Of a stretch of 64,000 nucleotides of DNA, positions 25,298 to 36,567 are shown piece after piece. The position numbers were made by a program, and so were the translations under genes. Position 1 is the first letter of the stretch; each line of letters begins with the position of its first letter. The notes under the pieces were generated by a model. It saw nothing but the letters and a program-made list of their open reading frames with translations. It was not told the origin of the DNA and did not search any database. Source of the DNA: Amoebophrya sp. A120 (taxonomy: Eukaryota; Protista; Dinoflagellata); assembly GCA_905178155.1 (NCBI GenBank), contig CAJINV010000007.1, forward strand, positions 1,062,627 to 1,126,626, given 5' to 3'.

Positions 25298-28283
25298 TCA
25301 CGCCGCTGCGGTACGCCGCGCGATTCCGCAGCACTCCAACAGCAAGACGAGAACGTCCACAATCTTATGCACTGCAAAAGCAGCATCGAGCCATGCATTA
25401 CAGAGTCTCACTTCTAAGGTACATACGCATTACAAATTCCATTTTTCGTTCATGCTGCAGAAATTTGTGATGCGATCGGTACTAGTACGACTACGTTAAG
25501 TACTTTTGCAGAATTCATAAATGTCCACAAACAGGAGCAGCGCCGCAAACGCGTAATCATCCACCGCAAACTGGTGTCGTGTGTGCTTGCCCCCAATGAT
25601 CATTTGGAATAACACCATCAGGTTATGCGTTGCAAATGTGTCTGGGTTCGCGGACGGAATAAACTTGTGATGCTAAAATGTGGATGGTGGAAACACTTCC
25701 GAATGCAGCCAAGCATGACAACATTTATTCACAACGCTTTCGGACACGCAGCCCGCATGAGAACAAACTGCCACTGCGTTTCTTTCTGCATGATCAAAAA
25801 GATGGGGCTGCGACTTTTGTTATTGTTGGTTTTATGCAAAAATACAGACTTCGACGTATTCATGTGAGACCAGCATTTACAAGTTCGAACGTTCCAGACC
25901 CAGATGAACGATATTTGCAATGCATACAGGTAGGTGGATAGCAGAACCAGGAAGAAGCAGTTGAGCAACACCAGCTTGTAATTAAACCGCATCGTCCCGT
26001 AGTTCCACAACGGGATGGCGATAGTGACCACGATGAAAAACACGAACAGCGAACAGATCAAGAGCCAGATGGCGCCGCCGCGGGACAGGTTCAGCCGGCA
26101 ACATTGGGCGGCGCTCCAGAGCACGAGAACCAGGGGGTATGGAAAGAAGTGGAATAGCTGTCCGAGTAGACGCTGGCGCGGAGAAATTTGTCTTGCGTGT
26201 TTCGGAAAATGGGAAAGCTTTTTCTCATGCAGGATCCTCGAAAGTAAAAATATCTTCCACCATGCAGGACCTCGTCGCTCATCTTTATTCTGAATCGTAC
26301 TCTATCTTCTTAGTCCTTGATTCTGTTTCCCCCGCATGACAAATTTCGACAGAAAAGTCGACTCAAACTCTACTTTTCCTGAAACATAAAATCGCCGTGA
26401 AGCTGGTGGTATGAATGGCAAAAGTATCGCACTCGTAAAACTAATTGCACCTATCGCATTCCGAAGCTAAATAAACAGCACTACAAATTTCATCTTTCAT
26501 CCTAAGCTAGTTACTTATTTGTAATGCAATTTATACGTAGTGCGACACTTATTTTGCAAAGCATACGAGGCCATCATGATATCGGTCCACTCGGAAGAAA
26601 AGCACAGCAGCTGTTTTGTCGTGTTTTGATGATCTCATGTTATCATTTGCAGTGGACGTGGAGTGCCTCGCATTACAACAAGGAAGCCTGTGCTTCTGCT
26701 TGTAGGAGTTGGTACTTCTAGGCGCATGGCCACAAATAGTTAACTTTAACATCGTATCAAACAGGTATACCTGCAAAGCGAAACCCCAGAGAACCGCGAA
26801 GCCGAAGCACAGGATGACGTTGTGCGGAGCTTTGCGCATCACGTTCCGGCAGCAACAGATCATGGTGCAGTACAGCGTGAGACCCACGACGATGGCGCTG
26901 AGGGAAAAGCCGAGCGAGACGTAAAACGACCGGTCGTGCACGGCACGCACCGCGTCGGCGAAGTTGTGGTCCACTCGCCCGATTTTTATGGTCATGATGT
27001 ACATCTTCGAAGTGGTCTTCAGAAAATCTTCATCCGCGAGGGTGAGCGGAAAATGTGCGACGTCGGTGGTGATGGGAACGCGCATGATGGCGTAGTACGC
27101 ACTCTATGCAATACAAATTTCCCGTACATGATGTACAAGATGCATCACAAATTTCGCCAATTTGGAGCCGAAAACTTGTCATGCTAAACTAGAATCGAAG
27201 CAAAGTTTTGTCATGCAGAGACCCCATTTGTACGTGTACGGGAAATATCTGGGGGATACACTCATTTTGAAAAGCACGATGATAATCGCCACGACAAACA
27301 GCATCGCGCACTATCCTCTGCAAAAGTATCGCACTCGACGTAGTAATTGCATTTGTGCATTACAAATTCCTTTCCTATGGTAATTCCGCATTACAAATTC
27401 GATTTCTAATGCTGAGGGAATTTGTATTGCAATTACTCCTAGAAGTACGATACTCTTGCTGCAATTCATACGCACGTCAGCCCCAACACTTTTTTCGCGA
27501 ATCTCGCCCGGACCTTCTCGTTCATCACTTCCTGGATGACAATATGAAAGTGCACAACTCCCCATCCCCCTCATTTTTTGTCATGCAGAACCCCGAATCC
27601 AGTCACTGCATCTTCATGGCACTGTTTGCATGACAACTTCTAGTAGCCCAAATAGCACTACGCCCCAGCGTAAATTTGTCATGCAAAACCGGCACTCTTG
27701 CTGATGCTTGTATTGCCGTTCATGCTATACAAATGAGGGGGAGGGGGAGTTGCGCACTGTCATAGACGACTTCCCCAGCGTTTGGGCGCCAGGAGAAGGT
27801 GGACGCGTTGGTCATCTTCTGCATCTTATGCATTGCAAATATCCCTGGATGTCTGGAACCTTGTGATGCACGGAAGGGAATAGTGAGCTCACTGTAATGC
27901 GCTGCCAAGCATGACAATTTTGTTTTTCATGGTTCTGAGTTGCGTACCTCGCATGAGAAACTCCGTTTTTGCATGACGGGGAGTAAGGCTCTTCGCGGCC
28001 ACGCAATACAGAGCTCAGAGTCACATGCCAGACTAGCATGACAAATCTCGGAATCTCCCAGACCCGGACATATTTGCATTTGATAGATTTTCGCAGATGA
28101 GGCCGTGTCGTAGGAACTTCTGTTCGTCTTTCCGGACGAAGCGAGTCGGGAATTTAGTGTTCCTTGGTTGTTTTTCCCTCGAGGGTACAGATACGTCGTC
28201 TCATCCGGCCCGCCTTGGCGAATCGATTGCGAATTTGGCTCGATGGTGGCCCCACTGTTCGGGTCATCGGTGGAGGAAAACAT
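25298..28283 (-). CDS. Bax inhibitor-1 / TMBIM membrane protein, paralog 2
   Basis: Spliced reading gives VRARFAKKVLGL...RKAPHNVIL...FQMIIGGKHTRHQFAVDDYAFAALLLFVDI; TGA at 25298. Eight introners plus one GT-AG intron. Confidence 0.85.
25366..25519. mobile_element. Introner, family B
   Basis: TIR; TSD aatct/aatgt. Confidence 0.82.
25624..25926. mobile_element. Introner, family A
   Basis: TIR; TSD caggt. Confidence 0.88.
26138..26388. mobile_element. Highly degenerate introner (TAT..ATA kept, TSD lost)
   Basis: Flanks ggggg/aaatc; removing element+5 nt gives a gap-free match to paralog 1. Confidence 0.6.
26410..26565. mobile_element. Introner, family B
   Basis: TIR; TSD ggtgg/cgagg. Confidence 0.78.
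27105..27258. mobile_element. Introner, family E (TATGCAATACAAATTTCCCGTAC)
   Basis: TIR; TSD cactc; similar to 46234-46390. Confidence 0.9.
27312..27470. mobile_element. Introner, family B
   Basis: TIR; TSD cgcac. Confidence 0.9.
27543..27764. mobile_element. Introner, family C
   Basis: TIR; TSD gacaa/gacga. Confidence 0.9.
27827..28085. mobile_element. Introner, family A
   Basis: TIR; TSD catct/gattt. Confidence 0.82.
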
Positions 28284-29338
28284 GATTTTTTTGGTGGATT
28301 TAAGACTTAGGTTGAGAAATGCTGTGATGAATTAGGGAAGCCTAAGAACAAATCAGGTGAGGACATCAGAAAGCGAAGATTCAAAAACCTCCCGTGGAAT
28401 GGTCCTGTTTTTCACTTCAGACTTAGAGCAGATCAAGCTGGACGAGGACTTCAGTTCTAGAATCGTGTTTATCAAAGTGTGTCGTCCTACAGTACATCAA
28501 ACCACTTGTCGTCTGGCTTTTGCAAAGAAGATGAACGCAACACTACAGAAACCATCACTACATCGTCTGCATTTTTCCGGTGGATTATAAACCGATAGCG
28601 TTAGCGTTATGGCAACGTGACTTCCGTTCTTCACGACCGACAAGGACAAACACGTAACAACCGAACTGGCAGGAAACACGACACACGGACCGATCAGGAG
28701 CGCGACTTCTATTCGTATTTATGAGCCGCCAAGAATGTTGTAAAAAACCGATCCGGATTTGTTCTTTCGAATGAAATCAAAGAAACCGATTTATGCTCCA
28801 GCAACTGTTAGCTATAGAAAGAAACCGAGGAACCAATGACATCATCTGTCTTTGGCACAAGAACCGATAGATCGTATTCTAGGGAGCGGGCTGAAGACTG
28901 AAGTTCTAGATCTAATGCATCAGATTCTTTCCATATCAAGAATCAAGAAGCGCCGAGTAGTACTACGAATTGCAAACGACAGATGCATGAAACATGGAAG
29001 AAAGGTCGCTCGACGAGCAGAAGAAGGCGACTCTTCCTCTACTTTCGATTCTTTGCTCTTACCATGAACAGCAAAAATTTACTTCATCTCGTCCTCGAAC
29101 TTCTTTTACTTTTTCTGCTTTGTGGAGATTCTAATGCGCGTGTTGCAACGAAAATGTCGGAAACAGTGTTGTTGTATCGTTCAAACGTGGTTCTGCATCT
29201 GGAAATGATGAAAGCAAGATGCTCGATGGCAAGCAGAGGCGAGACAGCCCAGTCTATCTCTAGATGGGCGCGGTCGGTCGTGGGCGTTGTCGTTCTGTAC
29301 TACAGAACTACTACAAGCTGTACATAGTATGGAAATCC

Positions 29339-32300
29339 TCACGAACTCGAGCCCTTTCCCCCGTTCGCGGAAGAACCTCCTTTCAGCCACATTTCCTCAT
29401 CCTGCCGCTCCTCTGAATGCCGCCTGCGCCACACCCTGCTATCTTCTCCGGCGTGCACCCTCTCTATCGCGTTTCTGCTGGTATGATGAGTTGTGAAAGA
29501 AGATGACGAACCCCCCGCAGCTGCTGCTCCTTCTTCGTCTTGACTCGTCGTTCTGTACCTCGCCAATCTGGTATCCATTGCAAAAGTACCGAACTTTCGT
29601 ACGCTACTCAATTTGAATTTCAGGGTGAGGACATGACAGATCTGCATAACATCAAGTCTCACGTTTCCTCCTTCCCTGGGGAAAAATTCCTCATGCGAAT
29701 TCTTATTCTCGCCCACCCAAGAAGTACGATGCTCCTCACACTTTTGCAATCCATACCTGGGTATCAAATGCAAATGTGTCTGGGTCTGGAACGCTGGAAC
29801 TTGTCATGCTAATTCTGGATAGTGCAAAAATCTGTGTTGCGTAATTACCAAAAGCTGCCCACTTTTGACCAAGTTGAGAGGCGGTTTCTCATGCAGGCGA
29901 GGCATGATAGAGGCCGCGCAGAATCTGTCATGCTAGATTATGTACGACACACCTCATGTGTCTTGGAAAACCTGCACGACATCAAATTCGCATCCTTGCA
30001 GACCCAGACATTTTTGCATTTGATACTGGGGTGCACGAGTAGATCTGCCGTCATCCAGCTCCTGGCTGGCAAACTCACTTTGGTCAGGTTCTGGATGCGC
30101 GACTGCCGCAGCCACTGGCCGTAGCCGTATGCATTGCAAAAGTATCGCACTCGTAGTATTGCAATACAAATTAGCTCAGCATGGCAAATGGAATTTCTCA
30201 TGCTGATTTGGCTTGGAAAAAAAATTGTCTTGCATGTTTGCAATTACTACGAGTACGATACTTTTGCACAGGATAAGCCGGCTTTGGTCTCAATGTCGAC
30301 CGTGTCGATGCCGTGCATGGCGTAGGGTATGACAGTGCACAACTCCCCCTCCCCCTCATTTGTGTAGCATGAACAGCAATACAAGCATCAGCAAGAATAC
30401 CGGTTTTGCATGACAAATTTGCACTGGATTATAATTTTAGTGCTATTTGGGCTACCAGAACTTGTCATGGAAACAGTACCAAGAGGAAAAGTCTGGATTG
30501 GGTATTTTGCATGACAAATGAGGGGGAGGGGGAGTTATGCAGTCTCATATAGGACGACGCGGTTTGAAAGTGCTTGTTGTGGACCACTTCCGCATACGCG
30601 ATGGCTTCCTCCGTGGCGTTCGGGCTGCTTAAGACTGGTGGAGGGATGTTGTCGTGTACTACCGTATTCATCTTCTCTACTGAGAAAGATTTTTCCTCTA
30701 GTCGGTCTAGTATGTTTCGATACTTCCACTCTACGATGTTTTTTTTCAGCCTAAACTTCATCTCCTGTCTATCCCACAGAAAAAGACCGACAGGTCAATA
30801 CTATCTATTATATTCATGCGAAAAAAGAGGTCTACAGAGGGCCGAAGGGAGGTGGCCGAGAGGTCAAAAAGAGGTCAAGAGAGGTCAAAAAGAGGTCGAC
30901 AGAGGTGGAGAGGTGGCGCGGGAGGTCATTCGAGGGGGTGGCCGAGAGGTGGCGCGGGTATAGCCAGCCGAACCGTTCACCCTAAAGCCGCGCCTATGGG
31001 GGACGGAGGTGGCCGAGAGGGTCGGGAGAGGGTAAGCGAGAGGGGGACAGAGGTGCCGAGAGGTTGCGCGAATATGGGCGGACCTCTCGCGCACCCTCTG
31101 GGCCACCTCTCGGCCACCCCTGTAGACCTCTGCTGGCGAGTATAGCCGGACTATTAGCAACACCTCTCGGGAGAGGTCAAAAAGAGGGTCTGCGAGAGGG
31201 GTAGAAAAACCCGAATCCGCCCGGCACGAGGCTGATTCTTTTGCGGCCTTTTCATGCTTAGGCCCGAACCCTTTCGCGCACCCTCTCGCGCCACCCTCTC
31301 GCGCGCCCTCTCGCGCCACCCTCCCGCGCCGGGCGGCTTCTGTTCGCCCCCGGTGTCCTTTGCAGCTGCTCCCTGCGCAGAGCGCCCACAGGCGCGGGAA
31401 GCGCGCAAGTGGTCCTGCGGGTTGGCGCCGCGCAAACTCAGGCGGCAGGACTCCAGTATGTTTCATTATGCATATTAGGCCTGTGGCATTATGGCCCGAT
31501 CCGCAAATAATCCTGCCCCGCCCCAACAGCCTCGCGCCCCGGCGTCAGCCGGGGCATGGCTGGTATTTGTAATGCAAAAATAAATACACAGGAAAATCTG
31601 TCATGGGCGAGGCCATAACATCCTGTTTAGGGCATGCAATACAGATTTTTTTGTCTATTTATTTTTGCATTACAAATACCAGCCATGCCCCGGCTGACGC
31701 CGGGGCGCTAGGCTGTTGTGGCGGGGCAGGACTATTTGCGGATCGGGACGCCGCGCCAGAGCTTTGGACGCAGCGCGACAGCCCCCCCCCCGAGGAACAT
31801 ATTGTCGCCGTTTTGCGCCATGCAAACCCGCAGGGTCTCCTGCGCGCTTCCCGCGCCTTTAGGCGCTATGCGCAGGGAGCAGCTGCAGCGAAGCTTGGGG
31901 GCAAAGAGAAGCCGCCTCGGCGTAAGTGCCGAAGCACAAGGGGGACCGCGCTGCCCTGTGTTGATCACTCTCCTGCCCCCGCCCAATGGCTTCCCGGCCG
32001 ACGGAGCTGCTGGCGCAAGAGGGTACCGCGAGAGGGTGGCGCGAGAGGGTGCGCGAGAAGGTGGCGCGAAAGGGCGGCGCGAGAGGGTGCGGGCCCAAAC
32101 GATGCAAAAATCCCCAGAAGATCGGCCCTGTACCGGGCGGATTCGGGTTGTTTGTACCCCCTCGCTGGCCCTCTTTTTTACCTCTCGCGAGAGGTGTTGC
32201 TAATAGTCCGGCTATACTCGCCGGTAGAGGTCTACAGGGGTGGCCGAGAGGTGGCCAGGAGGGTGCGCGAGAGGTTCGCCCTTATTCGCGCAACCTCTCG

Positions 32301-35300
32301 GCACCTCTGTCCCCCTCTCGCTTACCCTCTTGGCACCCTCTCGGCCACCTCCGGGCCCCATAGGCGCGGCTTTAGGGCGACCGGTTCGGCTGGCTATACC
32401 CGCGCCACCTCTCGGCCACCCTCCCGAATGACCTCCCGCGCCACCTCTCCACCTCTGTGGACCTCTTTTTGACCTCTTTTCACCTCTTTTTGACCTCTCG
32501 GCCACCTCTCTTCTATCCTCTGTAGACCTCTTTTTTCGCATGAATATAATAGATAGTAATGACCTGTCGGTCTTTTTCTGGGGGATACTGTCGGCTTCTC
32601 TCCCGCGCGAGAAACCCCTCGTAGGAGTAGTCAAAAAGCTATCCACAAAAAAAGTATCTGATAATCCCCATTTCTATTTTTCACATGACAAACACAGAAC
32701 TGCACGCATCTTTTGCATGACAAAGTGGATCATGGGGATGGATCTTTTTTTTGTGCATAAAAGCCGCATCTCTTCCGCGAAAACGGTCTCCATGAAGCGT
32801 CGCATGCGAATATCCTGAGTAAAAACGTACCCACACCAGCGTTGTCATGCAGATTTGCAATGACAGAAACATTTGTAATGCGCATCGCCAGGAGAGGCAT
32901 TTTTAGTCGTGTTTTGGAATTTATAATGCTGTAAAAAGGATCAGCAGATGGATTTCTGATGCAGCTGGCCTTGCGAACCTGCACTACACTACGGACTGCA
33001 ACTTGTGATGCGTGACCCCCAAAAGTTCTAGGTTTGTGTTGCAAAATCCCCATCTTGACTCTGGTGTGGGGATGTTTTTACTCAGGATAGCGAAAAGTAT
33101 ACCGGGTGTTGACCTCGTGGAGTTTTCTCTCCATTTTTATCGAAGAATGAAACTGCGTGAGAGTAACAGTAAGTCTGATGTCATGCATAAAAGCATACAA
33201 CATTCATAAAGTAGTCACAACATTTGTCATGCTGGCCAGCGCTGTTGATCTTCACCTCTTTTCATTCACGTGTCCCGATGCGCTAGGTCGTGTGCATGAC
33301 AGCCTCGTCCCTTTCTCTGTCATAATGTAGAGCAAATTTGTCATGCTGTCACTCTAAGACCACACGACCTACACTGACGCAGTTTTTTTGTTGGATATTT
33401 TTTCTTTTCAGTTTTTCAATTTCGGCGTCTCTTTGGAGAAGAAGTTGCTGTCTGGTAAATTCCAACTCAGAGTTGATCTGCTCTGCGGTTATCGTGGCAC
33501 CATCCGTCAACATTTTTCCACCACTTTGCCCAGCTTCTGTTTCGACGGAAGAGGAAGCTGGAGTTGTACTTCCAGAAGGAGACGTGCCGACTACAACACC
33601 GCTGTGGTCCGCCTGCTGCTCGCCAGTTGTACTAGATGTCGAAGTGACACCACCTCCTCCGCCCATGTTCACGACAGCTGCACTAGATGGTGGACTACTT
33701 GTCGTGTGCAGTACTGGGTTCGTGTTCACCAATCGCAATTATCCCGTGCAAAAACGTCCCCACGACCCCAGAGTTGTCATACAAATGCGCAATGATACGA
33801 ACATTTGTATTGCGCAGTTCCATCACAGGCATTGCCAGGCGTGTTTTGGAATTTGTAATGCTGTAAACAGGATGGTATTAAAATGGCTTTCTTATTCTTA
33901 TGCGGCTTCACTTGCCGACCACGGCACTGCACTACAGAGGAAGACTTGTCATGCACAGCTCCCAAAACTTGGAGATTTGTGTTGCTAGATTCCCAACTTG
34001 ACTCTGGGGTGCGGGTGGTGACGTTTTTGCAGAGGATAGCAATGCCAGCGCGTTCAGGATGTTGTACTTTTTGCAAAAGTGGTCAAAGTCCGCTATAACC
34101 CGCTCAGGTGTTACAAGCTCGAACGTTACAATAGAGTTTGAGACTTATGCTGCACGATGAGCATGACAGACTCGCAGAGGGTTCCACTTTCTGCAATACA
34201 AATTTCGCCAGATTGTAGCGCGGCTTGGGACTCCGGAACTTGTCATGCGCACTCCTATTGAGAGTTGGCTAGAACATGCACTCTCGCATCATAAATTTCC
34301 ATTTCCATATTCTATTCGTAACGCTTGAGATTGTAACAGCTGAGCAGGTTATATCCGCCTCCAAATTTTCAAACCGCAAGTAGTCCGTCGGCAGTAGGTG
34401 CGTTTTTTTGTCAATCACGCCCCGGTTTAGTAGCGAAGGATCCACCGCACTGTGCGTGACTTTTTCGGTTCGGTTGTAAATGGTTCCAGTGTAGGTGTAC
34501 TCCACGACAAATTTGTCCTTGATCAAAAGCTATGCATTGCAAAAGCATCGCACTCGTATAAATGCATTACAAATTTCCTCAGCGTGAGAAATAAAATCTG
34601 TAATGCGGATTTACCTTTAGAAAAAAATTTGTACTGCTACTGCATGATTGCAATTACTACGAGTACGATACTTTTGCACAGGATAAAAACTCGATCAGAT
34701 TCCCCAGGGGCGCCGTCCCGCCGACCTGCAAATCTTGGTAGTCTTTTTGTATTCAGTGCAAAACTATCGTACTCGTACTAATTGCTTTTATGCATTACAA
34801 ATATTTTTCTTAAGGAAAATCCGCATTACAAATTCAATTTGACATGCAATTTATACTAGTACGATAATTTTGCAATTCATATTTTGGAAATTCAGCACAA
34901 ACTGCTCGAAGGTTTGTTGCGGCGGCCGCCAGAACGGAGCGTTTTCGTGCTCCAGGGTGAAGGGAAAGTTGTATATGGACCACAGTCTATCGTAGGGGTT
35001 TCTGGTGATGGTCAAGACCGGCCAGCTTGCGGAATTCGCGAGCACGTCGCTCGGTAAGTCCGGAAAGTCGCTCTCCTTCAGTGCGGTTTGATGGTGCAGC
35101 TCCTGCGAAATAATGTCAAATTGTGCGGTAGTTGTACTAGAAGTTTTATGGTTCTCATCCCGCCCAGTACCTTTCTGCAGCAATCTCCCAATCTTCCTCT
35201 TTAACTGCACATTCAGCAGGTGCCCGCCGATCGCCTGCCTGTGTCCCTGAATCGTTGCGTCAGTGCCATAGGTCGCGAGTTTGTGGATCGCCCGAAGAGT

Positions 35301-35627
35301 TTTCTCGATAGACAATCCGCCGGTCTTGGGGATGTGGAGAAAAATCACCTTGAAATTCGGGTCGTCTTCAACTTCATCAGGAACGGAACTTCTAGTAGCG
35401 TCATTTATTTCATCTGTGATCCTCGGTACTGTTGTTGTAGAAGTGGCTGCACCTCCTCCTCCTCCTCCTCCTCCTCCGCGTTCATCACCCCGTCCGGTTC
35501 TCCCGTCTTCTGACTTGTCAGAGGTTTCTTGCGCACGGTAGCCGCACCTGGGTAGGGCGAGCGTGAAAAGCAGGAAGAGAATGCGCCTTATGAACGTGAC
35601 GAGCAGGGTTTTCACGAAGTAGACCAT
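29339..35627 (-). CDS. Sulfotransfer_2-family sulfotransferase with N-terminal signal/anchor and long C-terminal extension
   Basis: FLHIPKTGG (5'-PSB loop), RNPYDRLWSIY (3'-PB), DYLRFENLEADF, RLFDY. Frame stays open across all 12 introners when element+5 nt is removed. Confidence 0.88.
29572..29755. mobile_element. Introner, divergent B-like
   Basis: TIR; TSD tctgg/cctgg. Confidence 0.82.
29762..30025. mobile_element. Introner, family A
   Basis: TIR; TSD ctggg. Confidence 0.92.
30128..30275. mobile_element. Introner, family B
   Basis: TIR; TSD agccg. Confidence 0.92.
30328..30549. mobile_element. Introner, family C
   Basis: TIR; TSD taggg/tagga. Confidence 0.9.
30770..32587. mobile_element. 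1.8-kb GC-rich fold-back (palindromic) introner
   Basis: TATCCC..GGGATA ends; TSD ctgtc; arms are reverse complements about a centre near 31620; removal gives RERSRQ/EMKF. Confidence 0.92.
32640..32759. mobile_element. Short introner (120 bp)
   Basis: TIR; TSD aaagc; removal gives MRL/FDY. Confidence 0.85.
32811..33089. mobile_element. Introner, family D
   Basis: TIR; TSD gcgaa. Confidence 0.92.
33138..33397. mobile_element. Introner, unassigned family
   Basis: TIR; TSD atttt/ttttt. Confidence 0.78.
33740..34038. mobile_element. Introner, family D
   Basis: TIR; TSD gcaat. Confidence 0.92.
34094..34353. mobile_element. Introner, family F (TATAACCCGCTCAG)
   Basis: TSD tccgc; removal gives FENLEAD/F. 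Confidence 0.9.
34531..34685. mobile_element. Introner, family B
   Basis: TIR; TSD aaagc/aaaac. Confidence 0.9.
34750..34881. mobile_element. Introner, family B
   Basis: TIR; TSD ttttg. Confidence 0.9.
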
Positions 35628-36567
35628 GGCACTTTGATAATAAGTATCAAACTGTCGACTCTAATGGATACTACCACGACGGCTACAAGACGAGTCACGT
35701 AGCGGTGAGAAGAAACTTAGTTGTGAAGATAGACGGGCATGGTCCCCGCCAAACAAGAGCCTAACTATGTCGATGCCGATGCGCCACGGACTTTGAAAAT
35801 AAGAGGGCTGGAGAACACGAAGTCCTTGTCCCTGGCGACTTGTGCGGCAATATGAAAAATTTCTTCGGGGTGCTCGTGCTGCTTCATCATCTTGTTCTCA
35901 ATCGTATCGATAATTCTGAAAAGAAAACCCTCTGCAAAACAAATAATACATGCGATATAAAATAATATGAAACAATAACAAGCTTTATACTGTGAAAAAA
36001 AAAAGTGTGTGTGAGCTGCAATAATTGTCGTGTAAATAGGTCGTGATCAATGTTGTCTTTGTATTTGTCGAAGTTGCAAAAATGAAGAAAAGAATCGAGC
36101 TCGAGTCGGAAAAAGAGAAGTAATAGTAAAACTTAGTCTTCCATGAGTAATAAATTCGGCGTTCTAGTGCGAGTGCCCTCCATGTCCATCTCCATGAGTA
36201 ATAATTGTATATGTAACCTAGGATAACAGTGCACCACTTTATGCGATACCAACAAGCTTTGCGAAGGATAAGCACGTTTGAAAATGACAGAAAATTACGT
36301 GAATTAGCAAGAAAAATGTGTGCAATGTTGTAAAGAAAAAAAAAACGTATGAAAAGTAGTACTATTGAAGTGGAAAAGAATAAGGCATGAGTAAGTATAC
36401 TGTTCGTAGTTCATCGCGTCGAATAAAAATCAAGTCGGAAATAGAATGTGGCGAGTGGTGAGTTTGCAATAATTTCTTGATGTATCAGACACGTGCACAA
36501 CCTGACGGCCCTGAACGCATTCTAACCGTAAAAGCCGAATCCCCCCTAAGCACCGCCACGCACCGGA

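Noticed and set aside
6818-32646. R/A/P-rich ORFs at 6818-7901 and 30816-32646 as a transposase
   Set aside because: Stop-poor GC-rich subrepeats; no DDE or other domain motif.
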